Shown here piece after piece: positions 19,201 to 26,758 of a stretch of DNA of 43,642 bases. Both the position numbers and the translations under genes were made by a program. How positions within the stretch are numbered: the first letter of the stretch is position 1; every line of letters starts with the position of its first letter. The DNA comes from an uncultured bacterium (GTDB lineage Bacteria; Myxococcota_A; Polyangia; Polyangiales; Houyiibacteriaceae): assembly GCA_937998345.1 (NCBI GenBank), contig CALLDH010000114.1:1-43642 (forward strand), written 5' to 3'. The notes beneath the pieces were generated by a model that was not told the DNA's origin, did not search any database, and saw only the letters and a program-made list of their open reading frames with translations.

Positions 19201-20749
19201 TGCGAGCCGGCGTGAGCTCGCCGAGCGCGTACAGCCACTCGCAAACCTGCTGCAAGAGCTCGAGCGTGTCGTTGCCTTCAACGTGGAACTGGCAACCGCG
19301 GAGCTCGAGGTCGTTCACGACGAGCCGATCCCCGAAGAGATGCACACATTGCTCCGCGACATGGTCTACGGCCAGCTCGAGAGGAACTACAACTCGCTCG
19401 AGGAGATCCGGGCTGACGCCAAGGGCTGGCCCGCGATCATCGAGGCGGAGATGCGTGATGCAGCACTTGGTACGCTCGAAACGCTTCGCGGCGAGCTCGC
19501 CGAGGGTTCGTTCAGCAAGTCGCGCCTCGAAGCCATGCGCCGCGCGGCTAGTGGTCTTCGGATGATCGCGAAAGCCGAGCGGCAACCTCGCATGCAACGC
19601 CTCAAGGCGCAGCTCCGCGGCGGTCTTCGCGCGTTGTTCGGTGAGGAGCGGCTCGAACGTTGGAGCGAGCGGCTCGGGCTGACCGGAGCCTTGCCTAGCG
19701 AGGAGCTCACCGCCGGCACGTTCACCGCTCCTGAGGTGGCGGCCGATCTACCTCTGGTCTACCGCCGGCTGTTTGCCGCTGACACGATGGAGGCTGGAGA
19801 CGTGCTCACTGGCCGGGAGCAAGAGATCCGCCGCGCCGAATCCGTGCTTGCGAGCGAGGTCAAAGGCAGGCTTCGATCTGTCGCGCTGGTTGGCGTCGAC
19901 GGCGTGGGCAAAGCAGCGGTATCGAGCGCGATCGTGCGCAGCCGTCGTTGGAAGAACGTGAAGCGAGTCGTGTTCACGGCTCCGGTTAGCATCGAAGACG
20001 TCGACGTGATCTTCCAGGACGCGCCCGAGGGTCAGCTCGTGGTAGTTGACGGTCTCCACTGGATGCTCTCGATGGCGCCGGGGGGCTTCGACCCCCTGCG
20101 CAGGTTCGTCAAAGGCATCATCGAAGAAGGCGGCAGGCGCCGTTGGTTGGCGCACGGCGCCGTCCTGTTCTGGAACTTCGCCTCGACCGTCGCGCCACTG
20201 CGTGACGCATTCCCCGAAACGATTCGACTCGAGCCGTTGAGCGAGCCAGAGCTGCAAGCGGCCGTCATCGCCAGACACCGCCTGAGCGGATTCGAGCATT
20301 CGTTCGACCGTGGAGACGGATCGCCCATCGAAGGCTTGTTTGCGCGAAGCGCTACCCGCATTCGCCGCCCATACGACCAGTACTTCCACGAGCTTCACGA
20401 TGCGACCGGAGGGCTCGTGCGTGACGCTCTTCGTCTATGGCTGGCTTCAATCCGGGGAATCCACGATGACATCGTGCACGTGGGACCGATCCCGGCCTCG
20501 CCGTATGCGCGCGTCAGGCGCCTGCCCGATGACATTCTCGTCAACCTGTACCAGATCGCGCGCGAAGGTTGGATCGACGCAGCCGGCCAGGCGAGGCTGT
20601 TCAGGCTCGACGTCAACACCGCCCAAGCACAGCTGAGCCGTCTCGCCCACCTCGGTTTGCTCGACGAACGCGCCGGCGCATTCGTGATCGCGGTCCATCT
20701 TCGAGGCGTGTTGGGCCGCGTGTTCGATGAGCGAGGATGGGTCCTGTGA
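16235..20749 (+). CDS. 1,504-aa multidomain protein. N-terminal CPA2-like antiporter membrane domain (aa ~18-455), ~750-aa helical/coiled-coil region, C-terminal AAA_16/Arch-ATPase-like P-loop NTPase, and a wHTH-like tail
   Basis: The ATG at 16235 overlaps the trkH stop (TGATG). Membrane domain: RLPHITGYLIAGLVFGPSL..., about 11-13 hydrophobic helices, nt 16286-17599. Then a long R/E/L/A-rich helical stretch. Next comes LTGREQEIRRAESVL...VALVGVDGVGKAAV (Walker A, nt 19892-19915), Walker B-like QLVVVDGLHW (nt 20036-20050) and IRLEPLSEPELQAAV. The terminal ~80 aa (LVNLYQIAREGWID...LSRLAHLGLLDE) look like a winged helix. One uninterrupted frame. Confidence 0.75.
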   Translation: MVGSYSMPPPGEETHARRQITVIILLLFGMVALYQFEQFAQDGFDPSGMLAFGFVVLASYTIGGLVAQIRLPHITGYLIAGLVFGPSLAVALTGLDLPAPFDRGILNAEVIEQLSLFDTLAVALIALTAGGELKLQALKKGMRAISSILAAQIVSVGVLVTAFFWLISGAVPYVGFPGVEGLPMVAALAVGAMVASVSLATSPAATIAVIMESRATGPMTRNVLSVVVLKDVVVLVLFAIAQVVVAQQIGVSAMEGGIAAYLMKHIVFSIIFGAVVVGGLMALYIRYVNQELLIFVVGVVYLVAFIAAELGWDPVLVFLAAGFGVTNFSKTGHRLIETVERLSLPVYVVFFTLAGAKLHLEQLQQVALFAIALVGVRAFAIYSGTKLGSRLGKADEATQAFGWTGFVSQAGVSILLAAMVGNTFGELGQSLETLIIGGVAINELIGPVLFKMGLTLSGEASTGRASLTPARHLSVKPPSMRPEGGKGEAKQLEPWPEHVGKKDLWGAPFHTKSAELNNRMQELAGDLQSIVREVSTGPLREFQLDAGKYLRDLRREFLRHHRRLTVQARAEDGGERDELVTMLRSAQSDLAAHWRGIVLGRSVTLAKLNWTPEIMLDNVDGLVDELPEVVTAPYEDQSYDRNEDDSLWKRFRRQGLRLRRGWRKAFGQSPPTRDVRLRALGRYHLSYDAPARLEGLAALFVEADRHLAARTRSLFDGVIVGYDDIVDIAAESDADLEAQLVRLRHDVEEELALALDETVRITGDGTHRAASALGTGFVKMKEDLPTFGTLDLPTSERRTSRRFANRMRAMETLTKDVSNLRKASSAEYSSLAMELELLGLEARIKDNVAEYVSRLTSTVKRRATSQVERVSDTLQKALTELNAELESNYSGDELAAALRRATEATSKATGEAARVTMELYQDLSDDTKIAPLLDTLVDACRGLTPRYRVTVGQRQTGEWRLPTSLPEVEVPFREVVLTYIDSRVAPKLLASRRELAERVQPLANLLQELERVVAFNVELATAELEVVHDEPIPEEMHTLLRDMVYGQLERNYNSLEEIRADAKGWPAIIEAEMRDAALGTLETLRGELAEGSFSKSRLEAMRRAASGLRMIAKAERQPRMQRLKAQLRGGLRALFGEERLERWSERLGLTGALPSEELTAGTFTAPEVAADLPLVYRRLFAADTMEAGDVLTGREQEIRRAESVLASEVKGRLRSVALVGVDGVGKAAVSSAIVRSRRWKNVKRVVFTAPVSIEDVDVIFQDAPEGQLVVVDGLHWMLSMAPGGFDPLRRFVKGIIEEGGRRRWLAHGAVLFWNFASTVAPLRDAFPETIRLEPLSEPELQAAVIARHRLSGFEHSFDRGDGSPIEGLFARSATRIRRPYDQYFHELHDATGGLVRDALRLWLASIRGIHDDIVHVGPIPASPYARVRRLPDDILVNLYQIAREGWIDAAGQARLFRLDVNTAQAQLSRLAHLGLLDERAGAFVIAVHLRGVLGRVFDERGWVL

Positions 20750-21795
20750 TGTCTACCCTTCGGCGCCACTGCGTGTTGATTCTCTTGGTCGCGTCGATTG
20801 CGGCGCCGGCCGGAGCGCAGCTCCTCGACTCACCCAGGTGGCAATCTAGTCAACCAGAGGAGCAGGCCGAGCCACCACCGCCCACCGCCGAACCGCCACC
20901 CGAGCCGAAGCCTGCCCCGGCGCCGGCGCCCACCGAACCAGAGGCGCAGGCCGATGAGTCTTCCTTGGAGCCGCCGCGCTGGATCGCCAAGGCGCCTCCG
21001 GCACCCGTCCAGGCCGAGGAGCCTCCAACGACGGAAGACCGCAATCAGCTCCTTGTCCTCTTCCTGACACTCCTCGCCGTGGGCGTCGTCCTGTTCGGCG
21101 CCGAACGTGCCCGCAGCTGGATCACGACCAACATTCCATTGCGGCGTGCTCTTGGCGCGCTGGTCTTCGTTCTGCGCCTGGTCGGCTTCGGGCTTCTGCT
21201 GGCGATCATCTTCGAAATGGTCCCTCGGGGTCAGGACTGGATTCTCTGGACACTGCTGGTCATGGCGTTGGTCATCGGCTGGTCAGTGCGTGATCTCTTC
21301 GCCGACCTCGTGGCCGGGGGAATCTTGGCCGCCGAGCGGCGCGTGAAGAAGGGCATGTGGGTTTCGGGAGACGGTTTCCAAGGCACCGTCGAAGGACGGT
21401 CGCTTCGGGCGACCTGGCTGCGCGATGGACAAGGGCATCGATTGACGGTGCCCAACCGAGCGATGGTCGGCGCGCCGATGGTGTATGACGCGGGCTCGGA
21501 CGCCGAGCACGAGGTGGTCGTGCGCCTCGAGGGCTATGATGACGCCGGCAAGGTGCGAATGGCGCTGACCGACGCGATCCTCAGCTCGCCGTGGGTTCTT
21601 GCCGGTGCCACTCCGGTAGTGCTGCGCGACCCCGCCGATCCGGTCGTCTGGCGCGTTCGAACCAAGCTCCTCGAGCCTCGCTTTTCGGTGCACTTCGAGG
21701 GGGAGCTCCTCGAGCGCGTCGAGGACCTGCTGCGCCACGAACCAGCCCCCGAAGATCGCGAAACCGTCCCCAGCGAATCCCCTCCCGCAGGCTAG
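20749..21795 (+). CDS. MscS-family mechanosensitive channel-like protein with signal peptide and Pro-rich N-terminal extension
   Basis: Signal-like MSTLRRHCVLILLVASIAAPAGAQ, then a PEP/PAP-rich ~90 aa stretch, then 3 TM helices. This is followed by LVAGGILAAERRVKKGMWVSGDGFQGTVEGRSLRATWLRDGQGHRLTVPNRAMV, an MscS TM3/beta-domain pattern. The ATG at 20749 overlaps the upstream stop (TGATG); an alternative ATG is at 20737. Confidence 0.7.
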   Translation: MSTLRRHCVLILLVASIAAPAGAQLLDSPRWQSSQPEEQAEPPPPTAEPPPEPKPAPAPAPTEPEAQADESSLEPPRWIAKAPPAPVQAEEPPTTEDRNQLLVLFLTLLAVGVVLFGAERARSWITTNIPLRRALGALVFVLRLVGFGLLLAIIFEMVPRGQDWILWTLLVMALVIGWSVRDLFADLVAGGILAAERRVKKGMWVSGDGFQGTVEGRSLRATWLRDGQGHRLTVPNRAMVGAPMVYDAGSDAEHEVVVRLEGYDDAGKVRMALTDAILSSPWVLAGATPVVLRDPADPVVWRVRTKLLEPRFSVHFEGELLERVEDLLRHEPAPEDRETVPSESPPAG

Positions 21796-22832
21796 GCGAG
21801 CCAGTCGCGAAGCTCGCCCGTCACAACACGCGGCGCCTGTTGGAGCTCTTCTACCGTCTTGGCGCCACAGAGCAGCATGACGGATCGGAGCTCGCGCTCC
21901 ACGCGCAACAGAAACGAGCGCGCTCCGTCGACACCCCCTTCGAGGAACGCTTGATAGACGTTCCGCGCGATGCCGGCGCAGCTCGCGCCGAGGGCAATCG
22001 CGCGGGCCACGTCCATGCCAGTGCGGATGCCGCCCGTCGCAATCGTCGTCATCCCGGCGCCGACGCAATATTGAACCGACGCGGCGGTAGGAATACCCCA
22101 GTCCCATAGGGCCTCGCCGAGCGCCCGCCCGTCACCCTCCGCGCGCAATGTTTCGACACCGACCCACGAAGTGCCGCCTGCACCAGAGGTGTCGGCGTGC
22201 CGGATGCCAATCGCGCGAAGCCTGGCGGCGACCTCTCGACTGATCCCGCTCCCCGTCTCTTTGGCAATGACGGGTACGTCGAGCTCTGACCAGAGTCGTT
22301 GGAAGGTTTGGAAGCCACCGCCGAAGTCCCGATCGCCTTCGGGCTGAACCAGCTCCATGGCCGGGTTCATGTGCACGCAGAGAGCGTCAGCCCCGACATC
22401 GGCCAGCATTTGAGCGATTGCCTCCGTGGAGAGATCACGCGCCTGCACCACACCAACGTTACCGAAGAGAAGGGCATCCGGCGCGTGCGCGCGCACCTGG
22501 TACGTCCAACTCGTCTCAGGGCGCTTCTGCATCGCGCGCTGACTTCCCAATCCAAATGCGTAACCGAGCTCGTTCGCGATCGAGGCTAGCGCTTGGTTGA
22601 TTTCTCCGGCGCGTTCATGCCCGCCGGTCATCGCGGCGATCAGCAACGGGGCGCGGAGCTCTTTGCCGAGCAGGCGGACGCGAGTGTCAATCGAATCGAA
22701 GTCGGCCTCGGGGAGCGCCTGATGTACGAGGCGCACGCATTCGAGGAGGGTAGTGCGGTGCCGAAACGCAACCTCGTCGGTCGCGCACAGGTCCAGATGA
22801 TCGGCCTTTCTCTGCTCAATATCTGCGGTCAT
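21792..22832 (-). CDS. fni: isopentenyl-diphosphate delta-isomerase, type 2 (FMN-dependent)
   Basis: Motifs QRKADHLDL, LLIAAMTGG, VIAKETGSGIS, GAGGTSW, ATGGIRTG. Confidence 0.9.
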   Translation of the reverse strand: MTADIEQRKADHLDLCATDEVAFRHRTTLLECVRLVHQALPEADFDSIDTRVRLLGKELRAPLLIAAMTGGHERAGEINQALASIANELGYAFGLGSQRAMQKRPETSWTYQVRAHAPDALLFGNVGVVQARDLSTEAIAQMLADVGADALCVHMNPAMELVQPEGDRDFGGGFQTFQRLWSELDVPVIAKETGSGISREVAARLRAIGIRHADTSGAGGTSWVGVETLRAEGDGRALGEALWDWGIPTAASVQYCVGAGMTTIATGGIRTGMDVARAIALGASCAGIARNVYQAFLEGGVDGARSFLLRVERELRSVMLLCGAKTVEELQQAPRVVTGELRDWLA

Positions 22833-22908
22833 CGCCTTGCTTGCTCAGCAGCGTCCTGCCGTGTACGTAGCTCGGAATAAGGACACTGACACCGTGGCGC
22901 AAGGGCAA

Positions 22909-23931
22909 ATGGATATCGAGTCTTGGATGGGGAGTATCCGTGAGCGCGTTGACGCCATCCTGGAACGGTTTTTCGAGTCGAAGTGCGTGGAGGCGAGGCG
23001 GCTCTCGCCGCAAGCGATAGAGCTGGTCACCGAGGTCCGCGACCTCACGATGCGTGGGGGTAAGCGGCTTCGGCCCATCGTAACCGCGGCCGCGTATCGG
23101 GCGGCCAGCGGCGTCCACGACCTCAGCACGACGTTCGAGGTTGGCGCGGCGTTGGAGCTTCTGCAGACGTACTTGCTGATTCACGACGACTGGATGGACG
23201 AGGACAAGGAGCGCCGCGGTGGGCCGGCGGTGCACTACGCCTTCCAGAGGAAGCACCGTCACGACCATCTGGGCGCCAGCCTCGGGATCCTCGCCGGAGA
23301 TCTGGCTTCGACCTTCGCTTGGGAGCTTCTACTCGAGGGCCAGTTTCCGGAGAGCCGCCGAGACGAGGGCTTGGCACTCTTCGTCAGGATCCAAAAGGAA
23401 GTGTTTGCTGGGCAGCAGCTCGACCTCATGACGGACGGGGCCGTCGAGCGCATGCATGACTTGAAGACCGGGAGCTACACGACGCGTGGACCGGCCGAGC
23501 TCGGTGGAGTCCTCGCCGACGCGGACGAAGCGGGCATGGAGTCCCTCCGGAGTTGGGCCGCACCACTCGGGGTCGCCTTTCAGCTGCGAGACGATCTCCT
23601 TGGAACCTTCGGGAGCGCGCAACAAACCGGAAAGCCAGGCGACGACCTTCGGCACGGAAAGCACAACGCCGTCGTTGCGGCCTTTCGCAGGCTCGGCCCG
23701 AGCAAAGCGGAGCAATTGGTGTTCACAAGCGTCTGGGGGCGCACGGAGGCCACTGACGACGAGGTTCGGGCCGCTACCGAAGTCCTTTCTTCTGCCAAGG
23801 ACGAGGTCGGGTCGCGGCTCAGCTTCTTGGCCGATGAGGCACGGAGCGCACTCGCCGCAAGCCCGTTCGACGACGACGCCAAACAGTTGCTCGAAGAGGT
23901 GACGCGGCGGCTCACGGACCGAGGGACCTGA
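22909..23931 (+). CDS. short-chain trans-prenyl diphosphate synthase (FPP/GGPP synthase family)
   Basis: First Asp-rich motif LLIHDDWMDED, second FQLRDDLLG, and GKPGDDLRHGK. The ATG at 22909 (MDIESW) is preferred over 22837, which abuts the divergent fni start. Confidence 0.85.
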   Translation: MDIESWMGSIRERVDAILERFFESKCVEARRLSPQAIELVTEVRDLTMRGGKRLRPIVTAAAYRAASGVHDLSTTFEVGAALELLQTYLLIHDDWMDEDKERRGGPAVHYAFQRKHRHDHLGASLGILAGDLASTFAWELLLEGQFPESRRDEGLALFVRIQKEVFAGQQLDLMTDGAVERMHDLKTGSYTTRGPAELGGVLADADEAGMESLRSWAAPLGVAFQLRDDLLGTFGSAQQTGKPGDDLRHGKHNAVVAAFRRLGPSKAEQLVFTSVWGRTEATDDEVRAATEVLSSAKDEVGSRLSFLADEARSALAASPFDDDAKQLLEEVTRRLTDRGT

Positions 23932-24827
23932 TGGGCTTCGGGCGAGGCAAGGTCATCTTGCTCGGTGAACATGCCGTCGTTCACGGTTGCCCGGCAATCG
24001 CAGTCGGGATCGAACGGGGCGTCACTGCCGAAGCAGTGACGGCCGAGCGTGACCTCCTGCGCCTCTCGCCCTGGGACTTGGCGCTCGGGCCCAATTCGAA
24101 CGGGTACGAGCCCCTCGAACGCGCGTTCGCGGCTGCGCTCGCAATGTATCCCTCACGTCCTCCACTAGAGGTCAGCGCCAAGGTGGACCTCCCGGCTGGC
24201 GCGGGCCTTGGCTGCTCCGCAGCAATCGGCGTAGCCGTGCTGGACGCCATCGACGAGGTCCTCGGCGTCGACCGGTCGCGAAAGGCGCTCGCGGCGGCCG
24301 CGCTCGTTTGGGAGAAGATCTTTCACGGCAATCCGTCTGGAATCGACAACACGATGTCAGCCATCGGAGGCGTTGCGCTCTATCGCAAGGGCGATGAACT
24401 ACGACCGCTGCACTCGAACAAGCCATTGCACTTGGTGATCGGTTACAGTGGCGAGCCCTCGAGCACGAAAGAGATGGTTGCGTTGGTTGACAGGCAGCTC
24501 GAGAACGACCGCGAACGAGTCACCAAGGCCTTCGCGGGCATCGAGGTGCTGGTGCGCAATGCCAAGCTCGCCATCGAAGCCGGTGACCACGTCGCGCTCG
24601 GGCAGTTGCTCGACCTTAATCACACGCTCCTCAGCTCGCTGATGCTGTGCACTACCAAGCTGGATGATATGTGCCAGGCCGCGCGACGAGCCGGAGCGTT
24701 GGGCGCCAAGATGACCGGCGCCGGCGGTGGAGGCTGCATGTTCGCGCTGGCGCCCAAGCGTGATGAAGCGCTGCGACTGCGGGACGTGCTCGGGGAGGGT
24801 TCGTTCGTCGCCGAGGTGACGGCATGA
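23931..24827 (+). CDS. mvk: mevalonate kinase
   Basis: GKVILLGEHAVVHG and GHMP motif PAGAGLGCSAA. The start overlaps the upstream stop (TGATG). Confidence 0.85.
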   Translation: MGFGRGKVILLGEHAVVHGCPAIAVGIERGVTAEAVTAERDLLRLSPWDLALGPNSNGYEPLERAFAAALAMYPSRPPLEVSAKVDLPAGAGLGCSAAIGVAVLDAIDEVLGVDRSRKALAAAALVWEKIFHGNPSGIDNTMSAIGGVALYRKGDELRPLHSNKPLHLVIGYSGEPSSTKEMVALVDRQLENDRERVTKAFAGIEVLVRNAKLAIEAGDHVALGQLLDLNHTLLSSLMLCTTKLDDMCQAARRAGALGAKMTGAGGGGCMFALAPKRDEALRLRDVLGEGSFVAEVTA

Positions 24828-25813
24828 CTGATCCGCCGACCGAAGCGAGCGCGCGGGCGTGTGCCAACATCGCGCTCGCCAAGTACTGGGGCAAGGCGGA
24901 TGTGAAGCGGAACGTCCCTGCCGTCCCGAGTATTTCGCTGACCCTCGACCAGCTCGTGACCGAAACGCGAGTCCGGTTTGATCCATCGCTCGGGTCCGAC
25001 GTGGTGAGGCTCGACGGTCGGCGGGCGACCGTGGCAGAAGCCGAGCGGGTCATCACGATGCTCGATCGGGTCCGTCGGGAGTCAGGATTGCGGCTGAAGG
25101 CCCAGGTCAACAGCCACAACCACTTCCCGACTGCGGCGGGGCTCGCGTCGAGCGCGTCCGGGTTCGCCGCGCTCGCTGCGTCGGCTTCGGCCGCCGCAGG
25201 GCTTCGCTTCAACGCACGCCGGCTCAGCGCGCTCGCCCGGACATCGAGCGCTTCGGCCGCCCGCTCGATCTATGGGGGTTTCGTGGAGCTCCCTGCCGGC
25301 AACCGCGGCGATGCGGACCTGGCCGCTCGACCGATCGCGCCACCCGAGCATTGGAATCTGCGCCTTGTCGTCGCACTGACCGAGCCTGGCAAGAAGAAAG
25401 TCGGTTCGACGGAAGGGATGGAGCGCTCGCGCAAGACGTCGCCCTACTATGAGGCCTGGCTGGACCAGGCGCCCAAATGGTCGCGGAAGATCAAGCGCGC
25501 GGTGAAGGAGCGCGACCTCGACACCTTGGGCAATGCCATGGAGCGGAGCACGCTGGCATTTCACTGCTGCGCGATCATGTCCGATCCGCCAATCCTCTAT
25601 TGGGCGCCCGCGACGCTGGCCGCTCTCGCCACGGTGCGCGGGCTGCGTGAACGAGGGGTCTCGGCCTGGGCGACGATGGATGCCGGACCACACGTCAAGA
25701 CGCTGTGCGAGGTAGGCGACGCAAGCCGCGTTCGGCAAGCGCTCGATCGAACGCCGGGGGTCACCCGAACTTGGGTGGCTAAGCCCGGACCCGATGTCGA
25801 GGTGCATCGGTGA
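24824..25813 (+). CDS. mvaD: diphosphomevalonate decarboxylase
   Basis: ANIALAKYWGK, AAGLASSASGFAALA, MDAGPHV. ATGA overlap with mvk. Confidence 0.9.
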   Translation: MTDPPTEASARACANIALAKYWGKADVKRNVPAVPSISLTLDQLVTETRVRFDPSLGSDVVRLDGRRATVAEAERVITMLDRVRRESGLRLKAQVNSHNHFPTAAGLASSASGFAALAASASAAAGLRFNARRLSALARTSSASAARSIYGGFVELPAGNRGDADLAARPIAPPEHWNLRLVVALTEPGKKKVGSTEGMERSRKTSPYYEAWLDQAPKWSRKIKRAVKERDLDTLGNAMERSTLAFHCCAIMSDPPILYWAPATLAALATVRGLRERGVSAWATMDAGPHVKTLCEVGDASRVRQALDRTPGVTRTWVAKPGPDVEVHR

Positions 25814-26742
25814 CAGCGGTCGGGGCGAGCGCGCCGGGGAAGGCGCTCCTGTGCGGCGAGTACGCGGTGCTCGAAGGCGCTCCAGCGGTCGTCGCAGCCG
25901 TCGACCGAAGGGTCTCGGTCACCTGGTCCCAGGGCCCTCGTCCGATGCCTCCCGAAGTCGAAGCCACGCTTCGGTTGACCGACGCGGAGCTCGGGCCAGG
26001 GCCTCGTTGGCTGAATCTGGACGTGAGCGACCTTCAACATGATCGGGTCAAGCTCGGGCTGGGGTCGTCAGCGGCGGCGGCCGTAGCCGCGGCGGGGGCA
26101 AGCCTCGCATCACGCGGCTACGACCTCGGTGATCCGGAGGTCTTGCAACACGTCTTCTCGCTTGCCTTCGAAGGCCACGCATCGATCGCACCGCAGGGTA
26201 GCGGCGTGGACGTAGCGGCCTCGACTTTTGGTGGCTTTCTGCGCTTCACGCGGCTGGGCGACGAGGTCGATACCCGCGCTCTCGAACAACCGAGCGGCCT
26301 CGTGATTCGCCTCGTTTGGACCGGCCAAGCCGCGCGGACCAGTGAGCTGGTCGGGAAGGTGAGTGAGCTTCGGCGACACGATCCCGGCAGGTACCGCGCA
26401 TGCATGATACGGCTGTCCGAGCTCACGGGCCGATTCGCGACTGCCTTCGAGGCCGGCGATACGGCCGCGGTCATCGCAGCGGCCGCCTCCTACGGAACCG
26501 CGATGGACAGCCTCGGGACCGCGGCGGGCGCCCCGATCGTCGACACGCAGCTCGGACGCGCCGCCGAGCTTGCGACCCGGTTTTCTGGGAGCGCAAAGCC
26601 ATGCGGGGCCGGTGGCGGCGACGTTGCAATCGCGTTCTTCCTCGACTCCGATGCTGCAGAAGGCTTCGAAGTAGCTTGCAAAGACGAAGGGCTTCATCCT
26701 ATCGATGTCTCGTGGGGTGCAGCAGGTGTGGAAACCTGTTGA
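25810..26742 (+). CDS. phosphomevalonate kinase (GHMP family)
   Basis: APGKALLCGEYAVLEGAPAVVAAVD, KLGLGSSAAAAVA, CGAGGGD. GTGA overlap with mvaD. Confidence 0.75.
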   Translation: MTAVGASAPGKALLCGEYAVLEGAPAVVAAVDRRVSVTWSQGPRPMPPEVEATLRLTDAELGPGPRWLNLDVSDLQHDRVKLGLGSSAAAAVAAAGASLASRGYDLGDPEVLQHVFSLAFEGHASIAPQGSGVDVAASTFGGFLRFTRLGDEVDTRALEQPSGLVIRLVWTGQAARTSELVGKVSELRRHDPGRYRACMIRLSELTGRFATAFEAGDTAAVIAAAASYGTAMDSLGTAAGAPIVDTQLGRAAELATRFSGSAKPCGAGGGDVAIAFFLDSDAAEGFEVACKDEGLHPIDVSWGAAGVETC

Positions 26743-26758
26743 CCGGAGGACGCGCCAA

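Noticed and set aside
20860-21030. Pro/Glu/Ala-rich nucleotide repeats at the start of the MscS-like gene, considered as a non-coding repeat array
   Set aside because: They are in frame with, and bracketed by, a signal peptide and the channel domain. I interpret them as a coding low-complexity linker (reported as a protein-level observation instead).
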